From Octopus sinensis (lineage: Eukaryota): a stretch of 64,000 nucleotides of DNA. The DNA is taken from the NCBI RefSeq assembly GCF_006345805.1, contig NC_043003.1, positions 35,774,001-35,838,000 of the forward strand. Reading direction: 5' to 3'. A program made the position numbers and the translations under genes. Each line of letters begins with the position of its first letter. Position 1 is the stretch's first letter. Below are positions 26,805 to 40,429 of this stretch, piece by piece. The notes beneath the pieces are model-generated. The model was not told the origin of the DNA and made no database searches. It saw only the letters and a program-made list of their open reading frames with translations.

Positions 26805-26995
26805 CACGCATATATATATATATATATAAACATACGACGGGCTTCTTTCAGTTTCCGTCTACCAAATCAACTCACAAGGCTTTGGTTGGCCCGAGGTTAT
26901 AGTAGAAGGCACTTGCCCAAGGTGTTCAGTGAGACTGAACCCGGAACCATGTAGTTCGTAAGCAAGCTACTTACCACACCGCCACTCCTATGCCT
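26563..26995 (-). mobile_element. tRNA-derived SINE, family B (CORE-like domain, internal microsatellite, LINE-related tail)
   Basis: Minus strand: aggcataggagtggcggtgtggtaag head, ggttccgggttcagtc B-box-like, caccttgggcaagtgccttct CORE-like, tail ggcgctccagcatggccgcagtcaaatgactgaaacaagtaaaagag. Confidence 0.85.
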
Positions 26996-27144
26996 GTATA
27001 TATATGTGTATGTATGTACGTTATGTATGTATATATATATATATGCATGTATGTATGTATGTATGTATGTATGTATGTATGTATGTGTGTGTGTGTGCAT
27101 TGTGTATGTGTATATGCGCCAGATTGTGAGTTGTGTGACATGTG

Positions 27145-27290
27145 TCAGCGCAAGTTTGTCAACCTGTTTTCTCGCAGATTATCGATCAGACAAATTTATA
27201 GTAAACACATTTCCAAGGTGCGACGTATTAAACTTGATCATGGAACCGCCTGATTCCGAAAGGAGTTTCTTAGCTACAACACCAAAAATA
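27145..27290 (-). mobile_element. SINE family B, degenerate head/CORE fragment
   Basis: aaacacatttccaaggtgcgacg...catggaacc matches the family B head region in reverse. Confidence 0.5.
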
Positions 27291-28037
27291 AGCTTTTATA
27301 GATAAACACTTATAAATACGTATATTCATTGCCGTATTTGTGTGTATTTGTGTGTTTTTATGTATGCAGATGTTGCTCTATATGTATGCGTTTGTTTATT
27401 TGTATATGTGCTGGCTGGATGTATGTGTGGGATCGTGTATTTACGTAATGCATACATATTTATACGTAATACATATAAAATATAATGATTTCCTATTAAG
27501 GCAAGGAGCCAAGCGCATATTAAGTATAAACTTGGAAGAAATTGCGAGAGGATGTTAGAGAAAAGCAACGAGGGTTAAGCTAGTGAGTGAGAGAGAAAGT
27601 ATGGTTAACAGAATATGAATAAATATCGATATAGATGATTTAGATATTTGATAGAAAATTTGAAGTCAGAGGGGAAAAATATATAGGGAGAATCAGAGCG
27701 TAGCAGCAAAAGAGTGAAAGCGATTAAGAGAGAGAGAGGGGGGAAGTTAAAGACGATATTTATATGTTGACGGAATTACATCACAGTGAAAATATATGAA
27801 ATTTACTTTATCACTATTTCTATAAAATATTGATACATGTGCTGCAATTTTTGTCGTTGTGGTGGTTGTTTAGCCCTCGGTATCCTTCCCCAGACCTACA
27901 GACCTACAATTAAAGACCTAACACTGGCATTCATGTTACATCCACCTTCTGACTCTTTAGCCACAGGTCAGCCCCAGTCCAACAGACCTATGTCTAAAGT
28001 CTTTCCAAATATGCTCACTCTTTGATTATTTCAAGTA

Positions 28038-28487
28038 TCAGATCATCCCATAAGTTCTGTCCGATTTTAGCTTATTTAAAATTGAATGGAATTTAATAGT
28101 ATTTTAGAATGTCTAATGGACTTAAAAATTACTTTTACGCATTTGTGTACATTTTAACTAATTAAATATTATTTTACAGAATAATAGAATTAAAATGTCT
28201 TTGATTAAAACCCTTTCTAACATGGAAGTAGCCAAAGAGCATTTAAGTACATAATGCTTTATGAGTACAAAAAAAAAAGGAAACTCTGCAGCCGAAGCGA
28301 CTCGAAACATGCACTCAGTTTATGGGAAAGAATGCTTGAATGAAAGAACTTGCAGAAGATGGTTTGCAAAATTCAGAAGTGGAGATTTCAGCCTTGAAGA
28401 TGACGATTGAACAGGATGTCCATTTGAGTGTGATGATAAGCTCCTTCAGGCATTACTTGAAGAAAATCCTGGTAGCAACAACTGACA
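28038..28487 (+). mobile_element. Mariner 5' fragment (HTH domain)
   Basis: GNSAAEATRNMHSVYGKECLNERTCRRWFAKFRSGDFSLEDDD*, typical mariner N-terminal HTH; cut off by a SINE C fragment. Confidence 0.8.
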
Positions 28488-28672
28488 CTCTATCAGTTAC
28501 GACGAAGAGGGTTCAAGTTGATCCGCTGAACGGAATACCCTACTCGTGAAAAATAACGTGTATATGTTTGCGCAATCTACAGAGACGCGTAACCTTGAAG
28601 TAGTTCTCAGGAAGATTCAGCTTGGAAAAGGATGTGACAAGGCTGGGCGTTTGAAATATAAGTACTACTCAT
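28488..28672 (-). mobile_element. SINE family C, 3' fragment
   Basis: gttacgacgaagagggttcaagttgatccg...aacgga aligns with 13205-13390. Confidence 0.7.
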
Positions 28673-28997
28673 TGTTGATAGGTGAATGGATAGAGTCACG
28701 TGAAACAAAATGTGAGACAATGCATCGCCGGGAATCGGACACACGACCTTACGATGGTAAGCCGCCTATCCCCCAACTACTAAGCCATACGCCTTCACTA
28801 TGTGGAAGGAACAACTACAGTAGGGATTTACAGGTATAGTGTAAGGTAATTTCCTCATGATGTTAGTAGTGGTCAAACGGGGATTATCCTTCTTGATGGT
28901 TATGATAGGTACAGCGAGAATGATGCGCGCAAAGCGGTTAATATGCAGATGAAGAACTTATTATAATATTGGTCAGAACAGTGATATATGTGAATAT

Positions 28998-29185
28998 GGT
29001 TTAAATTAGGGGAGGAGATAGTCGATTACATCCACCGCAGTAATCAAGTGGTACTAATTTTATCGACACCGAAAGGATGAATGGCAAAGTTGACTTTGGC
29101 GGAATTTGAACTCAGAACGTGAAGGCGGACGATATATCGCTAAGCATTTTACCCAGCGTGCTAACGATTCTGCCAGCTCACCCTT

Positions 29186-29186
<1 letters not shown>
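28998..29186 (-). mobile_element. SINE family A
   Basis: gaaaggatgaatggcaaagttgactttggcggaatttgaactcagaac...tgctaacgattctgccagctcacc; (AAT)n adjacent. Confidence 0.85.
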
Positions 29187-29236
<50 letters not shown>

Positions 29237-29557
29237 CCTTTTTATTCTAAGAACACTACCATTTCTCTCTGTGCGATAATGCAAAAGACCATATTTAGTA
29301 AATCTTAAAACTTTATTATCTACTATTAGTTTTCTTTTCTTGTTGACTCTCAGTGAGTATTCCAAAATGCAAACATCCTTTTCATTGCAAAAGTCCTACT
29401 GTATTCTCCAACTGGACAGGCAAACTAACATCGCAAAAAAACTTAAAATCTGTAATATATTACCCAAATACGAAATCACCCCTCTTATTGCAACAACACG
29501 ATTGAATTCAGAATTTCAAAAATTCAACGACGTGAATATTAATATATATGTGTGTAC

Positions 29558-29638
<81 letters not shown>

Positions 29639-29680
29639 TATATATTTATGTGTGTGTGTGCCTGCGTGTATATGTATGTG

Positions 29681-29711
<31 letters not shown>

Positions 29712-29929
29712 TTTTCTACTATTAATTACAAATAGAACAGGTTCAATTGCTTCTTTTCAAGGTAGCGCTCTCAACGGCCACTGGTAGTAGTAAACACATT
29801 TGACCTCTTCTGACCCAAAGGATTCAAAGATTCTTATGTCTCTATGGCTGACCTCTCCACCATATGCCGAATCTATTTATAGACTTGTAGGACATGATCT
29901 ATTCACCAAACTGCTACCCAACTACTGGT

Positions 29930-29976
29930 GATGGTGATAATGATGATGATGATGGTGATGAAGATAATACTAATAC

Positions 29977-30073
<97 letters not shown>

Positions 30074-30130
30074 TAATAATAATAATAATATGCTGCAGCT
30101 GCTGATACTAAATACTATTAATACTACAAT
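29930..30130. repeat. (GAT)n/(AAT)n microsatellite upstream of a Dong-like element
   Basis: Directly visible. Confidence 0.95.
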
Positions 30131-30349
30131 AATACTACAACTACTTCTATTATGATAGCACAGGAATCTGAGGCCCAACTACCACCCCCACCACTGCTAC
30201 TGTTGCTGTTGCTGCAACCACTACTGCTGCTACACATAAAAACAATAATATCAGTGATATCAGAGATGATAATAATCATAATAATGAAAGGAAACGGGTG
30301 GAGCCTCATCCTCATGGGCTGATTAATGATACTTCTAGTGATGGTGTCA

Positions 30350-33143
30350 CAATAAAAACACTGGTAATTGTGCAACCTGATAATCACTACATCATATGAG
30401 TGAAAATGCAAAAACAAAATATGAATAACGGTGGTAATGAAACTGAAGCCACTGATGGTGACAGTGTTACACCCGGTAGTCTCAGAGATTCTGGTCCGGC
30501 TCCACCTTTCGATATCCAGAAAGGGACCACCAAACGCGGCGTAGATGGAGCAAGAAAATTAATGCTGTGGTCATGGAATGTTACTACCTGAGCAGCCCGG
30601 TAGATGAAAATGGTACTCAAATTAGGGGTTACCGACAACGTATGTATGATCATTGGAGTGAAAAGAGATTTTTCAACTCACGCAACAGAGACTATGTGAT
30701 CAAGCCAGAGCAATAAAAAAAATTGTAGGTTCACAGAAGTAGAGCTCGAAGCTATCAAAAGACGAGTCATGGAAAATAGCAGCGGAGATAACAATAAAAA
30801 TACAGTTCTTACTAATAAGAGTAATTTCATAGCACAGAAAAGGAGCAATGGTAGTTTGCTTGATGAGAGACATATAGATCTAAAACAAGACAATAAAATT
30901 AATAGTGACATGACAGATGAACAAAAGGTAATCTACGACAGAAGAATGATAAGACTACAGGATAATTATAGCGACATTATTTGCAACATTCAAAATGTTG
31001 ATCGATGGAAATTGAGCCAAGAAACGAAAAATGTCAATGAAATTCTGAAATACATCGGAACAAGCAACATCACAGAAACAAATAATTTGATCAAGGCAGC
31101 AAGTATTGTTGTAGCAGAAAACGTGGATTTTGATGTCAAGAAAAAGAAACAATGGGAGTGACAAAAGAAAGGATCCACGGTGGAAGAACCCAGGCAGGGT
31201 TAAACATGCTCTGGAAGGAAATCTCTCTGTTAGACCGAAAGAAAACGGGGAGTTTAAAAGCAAGCAAAAATACAGGGTGCTGAAAAGGAAGTATAATATT
31301 GAAAGAAAGAGCCTGAAAGTAGAAGTGAAGGAACTGAAACAGCGCATCGTTGCAAAGAAAGCAAAGATGGTAAAATACAACCAAAGAATGAAGGGTTACC
31401 ACCAGAACAGGTTATTCAGAGTAGATCATAAGAGATTCTATAAAGAAATAAATGGAGAGTGTACACATGAAAAGTTGATGCCAGATAACATTGAAAGTCA
31501 AAGGTTTTGGAGTGACATCTGGAGCAAAAACAAGCAGTACAAGAACGATGCTAAATGGTTGCAAGAACTGAAACAAACAGTAGTCTATCCAAAACAGGCA
31601 GAACTAGGCATTTCAGTTAGGGAAGTCAAAATAATCAGCGGAAATATGAGCAACTGGAAGGCCTCGGGATCAGATGGAGTTCAAGGCTACTAGATCAAAA
31701 GATTTGGTGAATGTCATGCACGAATAGCTGCGCAACTCAACACCTTGTTAAATGCCTACCAAGTAACACCAGAGTGGTTGGCAGTGGGTAGGACAGTGCT
31801 GTGCCTGAAAAACATCGGAAAAGTCAATACAGTAGACAATTACAGGCTGATATCCTGTTTGCCACTCATGTGGAAATTATTAACTGGAATACTCGCAGAG
31901 TCAATGTACGAACAATTGGGAAAAAAAGGAGTCCTGCCACATGAGCAGAAGGGTTGCAAGCGTAAGTGCAGAGTTACCAAGGATCAACTCCTGATAGACA
32001 AAACTGTTCTCAGAGACTGCAAGAGGAGGAAAAGTAACTTAGCCGTGTCATGGATCTACGGAATAAGATTGATATGGAGCAGGGGTAATCGCATGAACAG
32101 TAGACGAAACAAACAGCTTAGACAAAAAGACAAGGAAGTAATTAATTAGATAAGGGTCACTCCACCCAAAAAGTGACACAGACAAGAAAAAGAGGGGGAG
32201 CAGGACTTATTGGATGCAAACATAGCATTAGAGCAAAAGAAAACAACATAGCATGGTATGTAAAAATGCTACAGAACCGCTATTATTAGAAGTAAGGTCA
32301 GGCTTGTGTAGGATGAAAGACCGCAAAGATAAAGCACTATACTAGAAATTGAAAACGAATGAAAGTGAAAATATCTGGGTAAAGATGAGAATGCATGGAC
32401 AATTTCATAGGGATAATGAAGATAAGTCAGAGAAAAAAAGATGGCTGTAGATGACTAAAAGTGATTTAAAACCGGAAACGGGGGCTCTAATCTGTGCTGC
32501 CCAAGAGCACTAAGAACGAAATACATAAAATACAGAATAGACAACACATCAGAAAGTGATAAGTTCAGAATCTGTGGACAAAATGGTGAAAACGTATGGC
32601 ATGCTACCAGCCAAAGTATGTCACTAGCCCAGGAATGTAAGAGACGCCACGACAATTTAGTCAGGCATTTTGTAAACAAGTGTGGACTTGACAGAGCAAG
32701 AAATTGGTACGACAAGCCTGAAGGCATCATCGAAAATGATAATGCAAAGATCCTGTGGGATTTTATGATTCAGTGCGATCATGAGATAGAGAATAGGAAG
32801 CCAGACATGGTCTTAATTGAGAAAGAAAATAAACTATGCTGGATCATATATATAGCATGCCCAAATAACAAGGTATGCGATAAGGAAGAAAGAAAATTCG
32901 ATAGATATGAGAGGTTACCTTGGGAGGTTAATCAGTTGAGGTCGATGAAAAAGGTCGTAGTAGTACCAATAACCGTCGGAGCCCTGTGAACCGTAAGTAA
33001 AAATCTTGAGAAGTACATGGAACAAATAGGGGCGGCAATAAGGGTGGAGCATTTGCAGAAAATGGCACTGCTTGGGCGGGATGGGTTGGGCTTCGTATAT
33101 TTTACCCCAGTGTCGCTTTGATGGCATGCACTGCTCTCTCACT
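30350..33143 (+). mobile_element. Near full-length, internally deleted R4/Dong-like retrotransposon (subfamily C)
   Basis: N-terminal RRRWSKKINAVVMECYYLSSP...GYRQRMYDHW; RT region [18 protein letters not shown]...EQKGC...DQLLIDK...SWI; QGD/YMDD region missing at about 32056; degenerate CCHC; REL-type KPDMVLIEKENKLCWII...VPITVGAL; ends at (AAT)n. Confidence 0.85.
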
Positions 33144-33159
33144 CAATAATAATAATAAT

Positions 33160-33300
33160 CCTTTTTTTATTGGCTTCAAGATCCACACACAAAAACATAT
33201 GATGAAGGCTGGAGGGTATATTAGCCGAAACGTTGTGTTAACAAGAAACAAGATGAGGAGAAATATCCGTCAAATGTAAATGATGTAGATAATGTATTAA
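33160..33300 (+). mobile_element. Short Penelope-type terminal repeat with a minimal hammerhead (C3 to A)
   Basis: aacat-ATGATGA-a-ggctg(gagggtatat)tagcc-GAAA-CGTT-gtgtt at 33194-33239; stems I and II pair; palindromic aacgtt stem III. Confidence 0.65.
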
Positions 33301-33309
33301 AAGTCTCTT

Positions 33310-33960
33310 TTGTTGGGAGTGCGCTGTAGGCTGCAGTTGTGTTCGCGCACCTCCCGAAATTTGGATCCACATGTGTCACATCTGGGCTTCCTGCCTTCCA
33401 CTATGATACGAAGTTCCACCACATTGAGTAAATGAATCAGGTCCAGGATCTTTTGGATGCTTCTGGTTTCACATGGGTTGATATTTCCAAGTTGATCCTA
33501 GAACAATTTACTCTGCTGCTCCTTTTCACCTACAGAAATGACTCTGGGTCTTGGATCACACAAGCAACAATCCAGCTGGTGGTACGGCATTCACTCTGAT
33601 TCTCATTGTTCTCTTTGAGAGGTAGGTGAGATAGAAGAACCACTCCTCAGTCCACAGGACTAACACTGCGTGTCTTTGCACGAGGTCCTCACTTTCAAAG
33701 AGGACCTCAGTGCTGGCAAACTGTCTCCCTCTCTGTGTATGAGCCACATCTATTAAATGGTCTCTGAGGGCCTTCTCAACATGACTAATGGACTCTATTT
33801 CAAACCTCCGGGTTTTATGTGATACGCATAATATTTCGGCGGGTACTAGTACTGCGGCCTTGCTACCCTCAAGTTGGATATCTTGCACTTTGTCATCCAA
33901 CGGCATCGCATATATTTCTCTTTTTGTGTTTGCTACATCAGCAAAACTTTTATTTTTGTT
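33310..33960 (-). mobile_element. Degenerate LINE ORF1 (gag-like) remnant
   Basis: ORF 33556-34080 has SFADVAN followed by an RRM-like stretch; a downstream frame reads LRIIVEGRKPRCDTCGS...HNC (decayed zinc knuckle), as in L1/Tx1-type ORF1; no ORF2 adjacent. Confidence 0.55.
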
Positions 33961-34131
33961 ATTGCTTTTGTTTTCATCGTCGTTGCTGGTGTTGTTGTTG
34001 TTGTTGTTACTGCTGCTGTTGGTACTGTTGGTGTTGATGGTGATGGAGTTGTGGCCACTTCCACCGTTTCCACTCTCCACACTGCCGCCACCGCCTTCAA
34101 TTGTGTTTTCAATTGCGTGACTGTTGCTAAG

Positions 34132-34180
<49 letters not shown>

Positions 34181-34666
34181 ATACTACTACTACTATTGCC
34201 GCCGCTGCTGTCGCCGTAGCCGCCACTGCTATCATTGCCATCACTGATGTTGCCAATGATTTCACTACTTCTACTACGGGGTGGACTTTGAACGTCACCC
34301 CCCCTGTACTATTATCAGTAATGGAGAGAAGAGGACGGAAATCTTCTACATTCAAAACATTTTTTGTTTTGTTTTTCAGCAGGGGCAGTTTATTTCCTCA
34401 ACTCTTTCAAGATGCGATCCGCTATCTTGTTGAATTGTAAGTGATTGCACACCCGACGAACTTATTTGGTCGGCCGAATATGACCCCGTGAGAGGCTACG
34501 CAAATACAGGAAAACCATTGACTAGTTCCCGAAGTCTCTATTAACAAGTGGGAACGATTGTACTATGAAATATCGTCACCAACTGGTATAAACAGTGTTT
34601 TAAAAATAAACTCACCCGAAGCGTTCGAAGACACGTCCGATGTCGTCATTAACAATAATGATAATA

Positions 34667-35250
34667 ATTCTTTCTATTATAGATACAATGCCTGAAATTT
34701 GTGGGGAGGGGACTAGTCGATAACATCGATCCCAGTGTTTAACTGATACTTAATTTATCGACCCCGAAAGGATGAAAGACAAATTCGACCTCGGTGGAAT
34801 TTGAACACAGAACGTAAAGGCAGACGAAATACCTATTTCTTTACTACCCACAAGGGGCTAAACACAGAGAGGACAAACAAGGACAGACAAACGGATTAAG
34901 TCGATTATATCGACCCCAGTGCGTAACAAGTACTTATTTAATCGACCCCGAAAGGATGAAAGGCAAAGTCGACCTCGGCGGAATTTGAACTCAGAACGTA
35001 GCGGCAGGCGAATTACCTATTTCTTTACTACCCACAAGGGGCTAAACTGAGAGAGGACAAACAAGGACAGACAAACGTATTAAGTCGATTACATCGACCC
35101 CTGTGCGTAACTGGTACTTAATTTATAGACCCCGAAAGGATGAAAGGCAAAGTTGACCTCGGAGGAATTTGAACTCAGAACGTAGCGGCAGACGAAATAC
35201 GGCTACGCATCTCGCCCGGCGTGCTAACGTTTCTGCCAGCTCGCCGCCTT
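34667..35250 (-). mobile_element. SINE family A trimer
   Basis: Three central domains; internal junctions at 34823 and 35007 are 184 bp apart; only the right-most unit has a complete tRNA-like head. Confidence 0.88.
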
Positions 35251-35540
35251 CATTATAGTATTGCAAGTATTGAAGTTATCGCTGTTATTTTTGCTTCACT
35301 TTTGTCGGTATTGTCATTCCCGTCGTCGTCGTCGTTGTTGTTGTTGTTGTAGGTGGTGGTGGTGGTGGTATCGCTACTGCTGCTGATGTTATCGGTCGTA
35401 TATAATGGTTGTAATAGAATGCTGCTGCTGACTGATTTTATAATAGCATCTATTTTTTTCTTTTGCTATTGCACTCGTGTATTAATACTGAAAATGCTAA
35501 CCGGTATAGAATTATAATTATTATTATTATCATTATTATA

Positions 35541-35590
<50 letters not shown>

Positions 35591-37687
35591 AAGAAGTAGT
35601 TGTAGTAGTGGTTTTAGTTATTGTACAACTGCAGTAGCAGCATCCCGTAATGCGTTGATGTTGGGTATAGTATCGATAGTGATGGTGGCTGTGGCAATTG
35701 TAGTATTGATGATGACACTACTACTACTACTACTACTACTACTAGTGGTGCCGGTGCCGGTGCTGGTGTTGCTAGTGATTGAAGCTGCGCGGTGTCAGTG
35801 GAAACGGCAGTAATGGTTATGGTGTGGGATATATCGGCGTTATGCGTGGTAGCGCGAACATGTTAATTTGGAATTATATATATGTATAAAGATATATTAA
35901 AAAAAAAAAAAACACGTTAATCAAAATTAATAATAAATATAATAAATATTGAAAAAGAAAAAAGAACAAAATTTCTAGGCCGCCTTTTGCAGGATAATCA
36001 ATGAAATATTATGAGAATGAAAATATGTTTCGTAATTCGATTACCGAATAATTTTATGTGGCTTCATTTGATCAATCGGTTGGAGGGCAGTTCTTGTATG
36101 AGCGTTAATGAAGTGAGTTTATCGATCAGCAATGTAACTGGTCGACTGTAACCTATACTGAACTGACTAGTATAGTTGATCTTATTGTGCATTGCGCTGA
36201 TTGTTTTACATACATTATTATATATTTAAAAGGTTTTTATTATGGGATCGTATTACTGATAGTAAGAAGCTCTGAATTGAGATTACTTGCGTTCTAAAAC
36301 ATTAACTTCTCATGTCCTTAACACTCTCATTTCCATTTTCAGCTAATGGTTTAAGGCACGAAAGAGATGTATCATGTTTAGCACCGCACCCTGTTTTACA
36401 ATATGCTGTTCTTTCTACATCACCAAATTATATGAGGAAAGAGTAGGCATGGCTCTTAATATCGAATACCTCAATCGGTCGAGTTTGACCATGTAATTCC
36501 CACATGTTATTCCCTATTCAGGCGCAATACTGGATACCGACTATTTCATGGAAGAGCAGCAGTTGTCCATGCAGTAAGACTTCCCACACAGTTGTTCAGG
36601 AGAAAGACAAAGGCTGATGCAGCTTGGCACTAGGCGAACTTCAAAAGTAAAAAAAAAAAAAAACAGGAGTAACATTGCAATGTATTTTGCCCAACGCTTC
36701 CGTCAAAACATCACTCTGGTCCGGTATTGTATTTTATCGACCTTGGTGGGATTAAATACAAAGTTGCTTCATTAGAGTAAATCACGATTCGGAAAGTGAT
36801 TTTGCTTGACTACTTAGGAGCGAATACTTCAGGAATCAACAAACACTGAAACGATGATCGATTCTCTGCTACATTCTATGTCACATCTAGATATCCTGGC
36901 TCTGGTCTTGCCTCGAGTTAGCGGGTGCTGAGACATGATAGGATGCAGGAAGTTTGATACAATACCATAAAACTGAATTAAGGCGTACATCGAAATTTTA
37001 TTCATGTCTTTCAATGTCCCAAATGAAAAGGTTGTGGAATGAATCAATAATGCAGCGTAAATGTTGCTCTGGCCATAGATTATTTTTCTCTAAGCTTCGG
37101 GGAAATTGGTCACACTACTCTGTTACTGCTTGGTCGCATCTTAAGTGAGCGTGACAGTGAGCATCAATGCACTTTCTAGATCTTCTAAAAATAACAGCTA
37201 CATCTCCCTTATCTTACTATCCACCACATTGTAATGAGAGATATTTTGCATAATGTTCTTTTTAAGAGGACAGGAATAACTATCGCTGGAATATATTTGA
37301 TCAAATTCTGTCGATTGCCTTCCAGTTTTCTTTACACATAAGGAAAAGAGGGAACGGTCATAGCTGGAATGGCATAGATCATAAACATTCTGTATCAGGG
37401 CTGACCTAGAATTGAATGAAAGCTACTGAGTAATCATATTAGGTATCAGATTAGAAGAATGGTCAAGATAATGATTTAATATTTTCTATAACTTCGAATT
37501 TGTTCGAAACATTACAGATATTCTTTTTTTTTTCATATCTGTAATCAACTAAATTCTATTTTGTTTTATCTTATTTATTTATTTATTTTTTGCATATTTA
37601 AACATCTTTTACTTTAAGTGTATAATTCTAAATCTGAAAAAGAAAAAATAGAGAGAGAGGTAGTTTTCAAGTAGCTGTTAATATATA

Positions 37688-38554
37688 CAAGGGGGTACCC
37701 AAAAGAAACTGGAATTTTGCAATATCATTTTATTCACTTAGTTTTAAATGTTTACACTTTAATCGACTTCAAAGTATTTTCCATTTGAAGCAATGCATCG
37801 GTCCAAACGCGTTTTCCATTGTTCGAAGCAGTGCTGGAATTCGATTATTTTTTCTTCACCTCTTCCACATCTAAAAATTCAGTAGCATTAGCTTTCGTCA
37901 CCAGTGATAACCTTCTAAAAATGGTCCGGATCAACTTTTCTTTCAGTTCATAACTGGCATTCAGACGTGACTGCTTTTGATTCTCCGTGAGTAATCGAGG
38001 CACAAATGTTGCTGCAACTCTTTTTATTCACAATTTCTCGCTCACAATTCGCTGGCAGGAGCCCCAGGAAACAAAAGTCATACCAACAAGTCCGTCAGTT
38101 GTTCGGTGACCTTCCCCCAAGATCAGTTCATGAATTTTCATTTTGTTTTTTCATTCATTCGGGGGCTCGACGGTCGCCCTGAACGAAGTAGGCTTTCAAG
38201 CGACAAGTGAAAACTCCTAAAGTGTGGAAACCACTCGTAAACTTGTTTTGCTCATGGCAGTGTCCTTGTAGGCTGTTTGAAGCGCAAGTGTTTCGGCGGC
38301 CGTTTTCTCCAGCAGGAAACAGAATTTCACGGAAGCACGCTGTTCCCTCATTTCATCAATCACAATAATCGACGAACAGAGGAGAAGCACTGCAAAACAA
38401 AGACACAACATGTAACAGTCCGACCCTACTGAACGACGCAGGTTGGCAGACTGATCTCTGAGCATTGCATCACATGGCTTCTAGTGACGGAAGCCTGAAC
38501 TACAATGGGTTGTCCCACAGAAAACGTTTCCGGTTACTTTTGGATATCTCCATG
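37688..38554 (-). mobile_element. Internally deleted mariner with both TIRs
   Basis: TA-flanked TIRs caagggggtacccaaaagaaactggaa / ttccggttacttttggatatctccatg; minus strand gives MREQRASVKFCFLLEKTAAETL, RSGRPSS and ATFVPRLLTENQKQ; most of the catalytic domain absent. Confidence 0.85.
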
Positions 38555-38763
38555 TAATTCAGAAAGACATATTAACATATTTTGATTACTAGTATACTTT
38601 GATTCCTTTATGGCCTTAAATTAAACCAATAATTCCAACATAATTTGATATTTGAAAACAATACATATGTATGAAACAGACGCACGCACACACACACAGA
38701 CAGACATACTCACACACACATACACACAAACACACAAACTTGTATATATATATATATAATATA

Positions 38764-39930
38764 CTAGCAGAAATACCCGGCGTTGCCCCGGTTAAGGAAA
38801 ATAATGAAATTTAAAGATGCCTTTTAGATCTCTTATATGAAAGATAGACTACGCAGGTCTCACCTCCAACTAGCTGAGATACCAGCTTTATACGTTAATA
38901 ACTTAGCGTTTCCCAGGTTATTGAAAATAATGAAATTTAGGTATGCCTATTAAATCTCTAGGTAAAATTAAACATGGACTATGCAGTTCTCAACAGTAAT
39001 TAGCTGAGGTAACAACTATTAATGACGATGATGTTCTCACTGTTAAAATTGTTTAAAAACCAGGTAGTTCTTTGTCTTTGCAATCACCTTCAATTGTCAG
39101 TACTTATTTGAAACACGTTGAAACTGAAAATGCATAAATTGGAGAAGAACCGGCCTGCGGGCGCTCCCCTCCTGTAAATAAACACATTTAACAAAAATTC
39201 TATCAGATATCGTGGGTATAAACAAATGTATTGAAACAAATCCGGGAATCAATCACAGTTTAATTATCAAGAGCTTCTAAATATTCGATGCTTTGAGTGT
39301 GTCTTTTAATTGGTGTATAAATGAAAAGATTCAGGGGACTTCCAACTCGCGAACATACTACATATAATTGCCCATGAGAGAAATAAGGTGAAGTCCAACA
39401 ACTTTGAAAGACTGTCCTTGAGACTTGTTTATTGGGAACTGGAATCGTTTAGATCCAAAGGGGAAGTCATATGGGATTAAGGGGATCTGTTGAATGAAGA
39501 CATCCTCACCGTTATAGTTACCAGTCATAATTGCTGCCTCTAGGACATGGGGTCGTATGGCTTTCACCACCAGTCTGGTGTCATTGCACAGGCGAGGTAG
39601 TTCCAAATTCCTGTGCAGCAGGGTTGGGGCTCCCTTTTTAAGAGTTAAGGGGTGAAGTAGAATCCCAGAGGGCTGAAGAGAGTTCAGGAACTCAGCTGGA
39701 AAAACTACAGCCTGGTCCTGATCAATGATAGCGTCGAGGGATTTTGAAAGACTGTTTTTGTCCGGGCAACAGCTGCAAGAGATCCCAGGTGATTTTGGTG
39801 ACAGCATCATTACATGGAGCTAAGACGGCTTGATCAGAGAGCCGTTGATTGTTGCTTAAGTTTTGTGCAATGTTTGGGAGCACATGCATTATGAGATCAT
39901 TAACAGTTGGTACCATCTCACCATAGGCTT
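38764..39930 (-). mobile_element. Helitron 3' portion with PIF1-like helicase fragment
   Basis: Minus-strand end ccggggcaacgccgggtatttctgCTAG|T; ORFs 39358-39810 and 39722-39916 read EFLNSLQPSG...LPRLCNDTRLVVK...KRFQFP.INKSQGQSFKVVGL; 5' end not resolved. Confidence 0.88.
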
Positions 39931-40429
39931 TCTAAGCTCCCTCCCCCATGATTTGAATGATGAGAACTTTCAGAAAAATGGATATTTTCTAATGAAATTT
40001 TTTACGAATATGTGTTATATCATGTAGATTCCGAATATACAAATTTTAGGGATAAAAATATTTTAGGAAGGAGTGAGGAGGATTTTCGGAAAATTCACCG
40101 GAGTCAAAATTGTCTGAAATATGTATTGGAAAATCAATGTACAATATACAGTACCTCATTTAATTAATTGAGAAAACGGTTTCTATATCCATATGAAATT
40201 CTTTTTCTGACATGCAAGTACCCTTAGAAATTCTTTTTTAATCAAAAATCGTCACAACTATAATGATGTATACATACGTGCGTGTGTGTAAATAGCTGAT
40301 TAGGACGCCAAAGATCAAACACAGGAAGCTGCGAAAACGATGTGAAGAAGTGAATCTTTATATGTAAAGCACTATTATTTATTTTTCAATAAAAACAATA
40401 AACCATTAAGATACATACAAACACACGCA

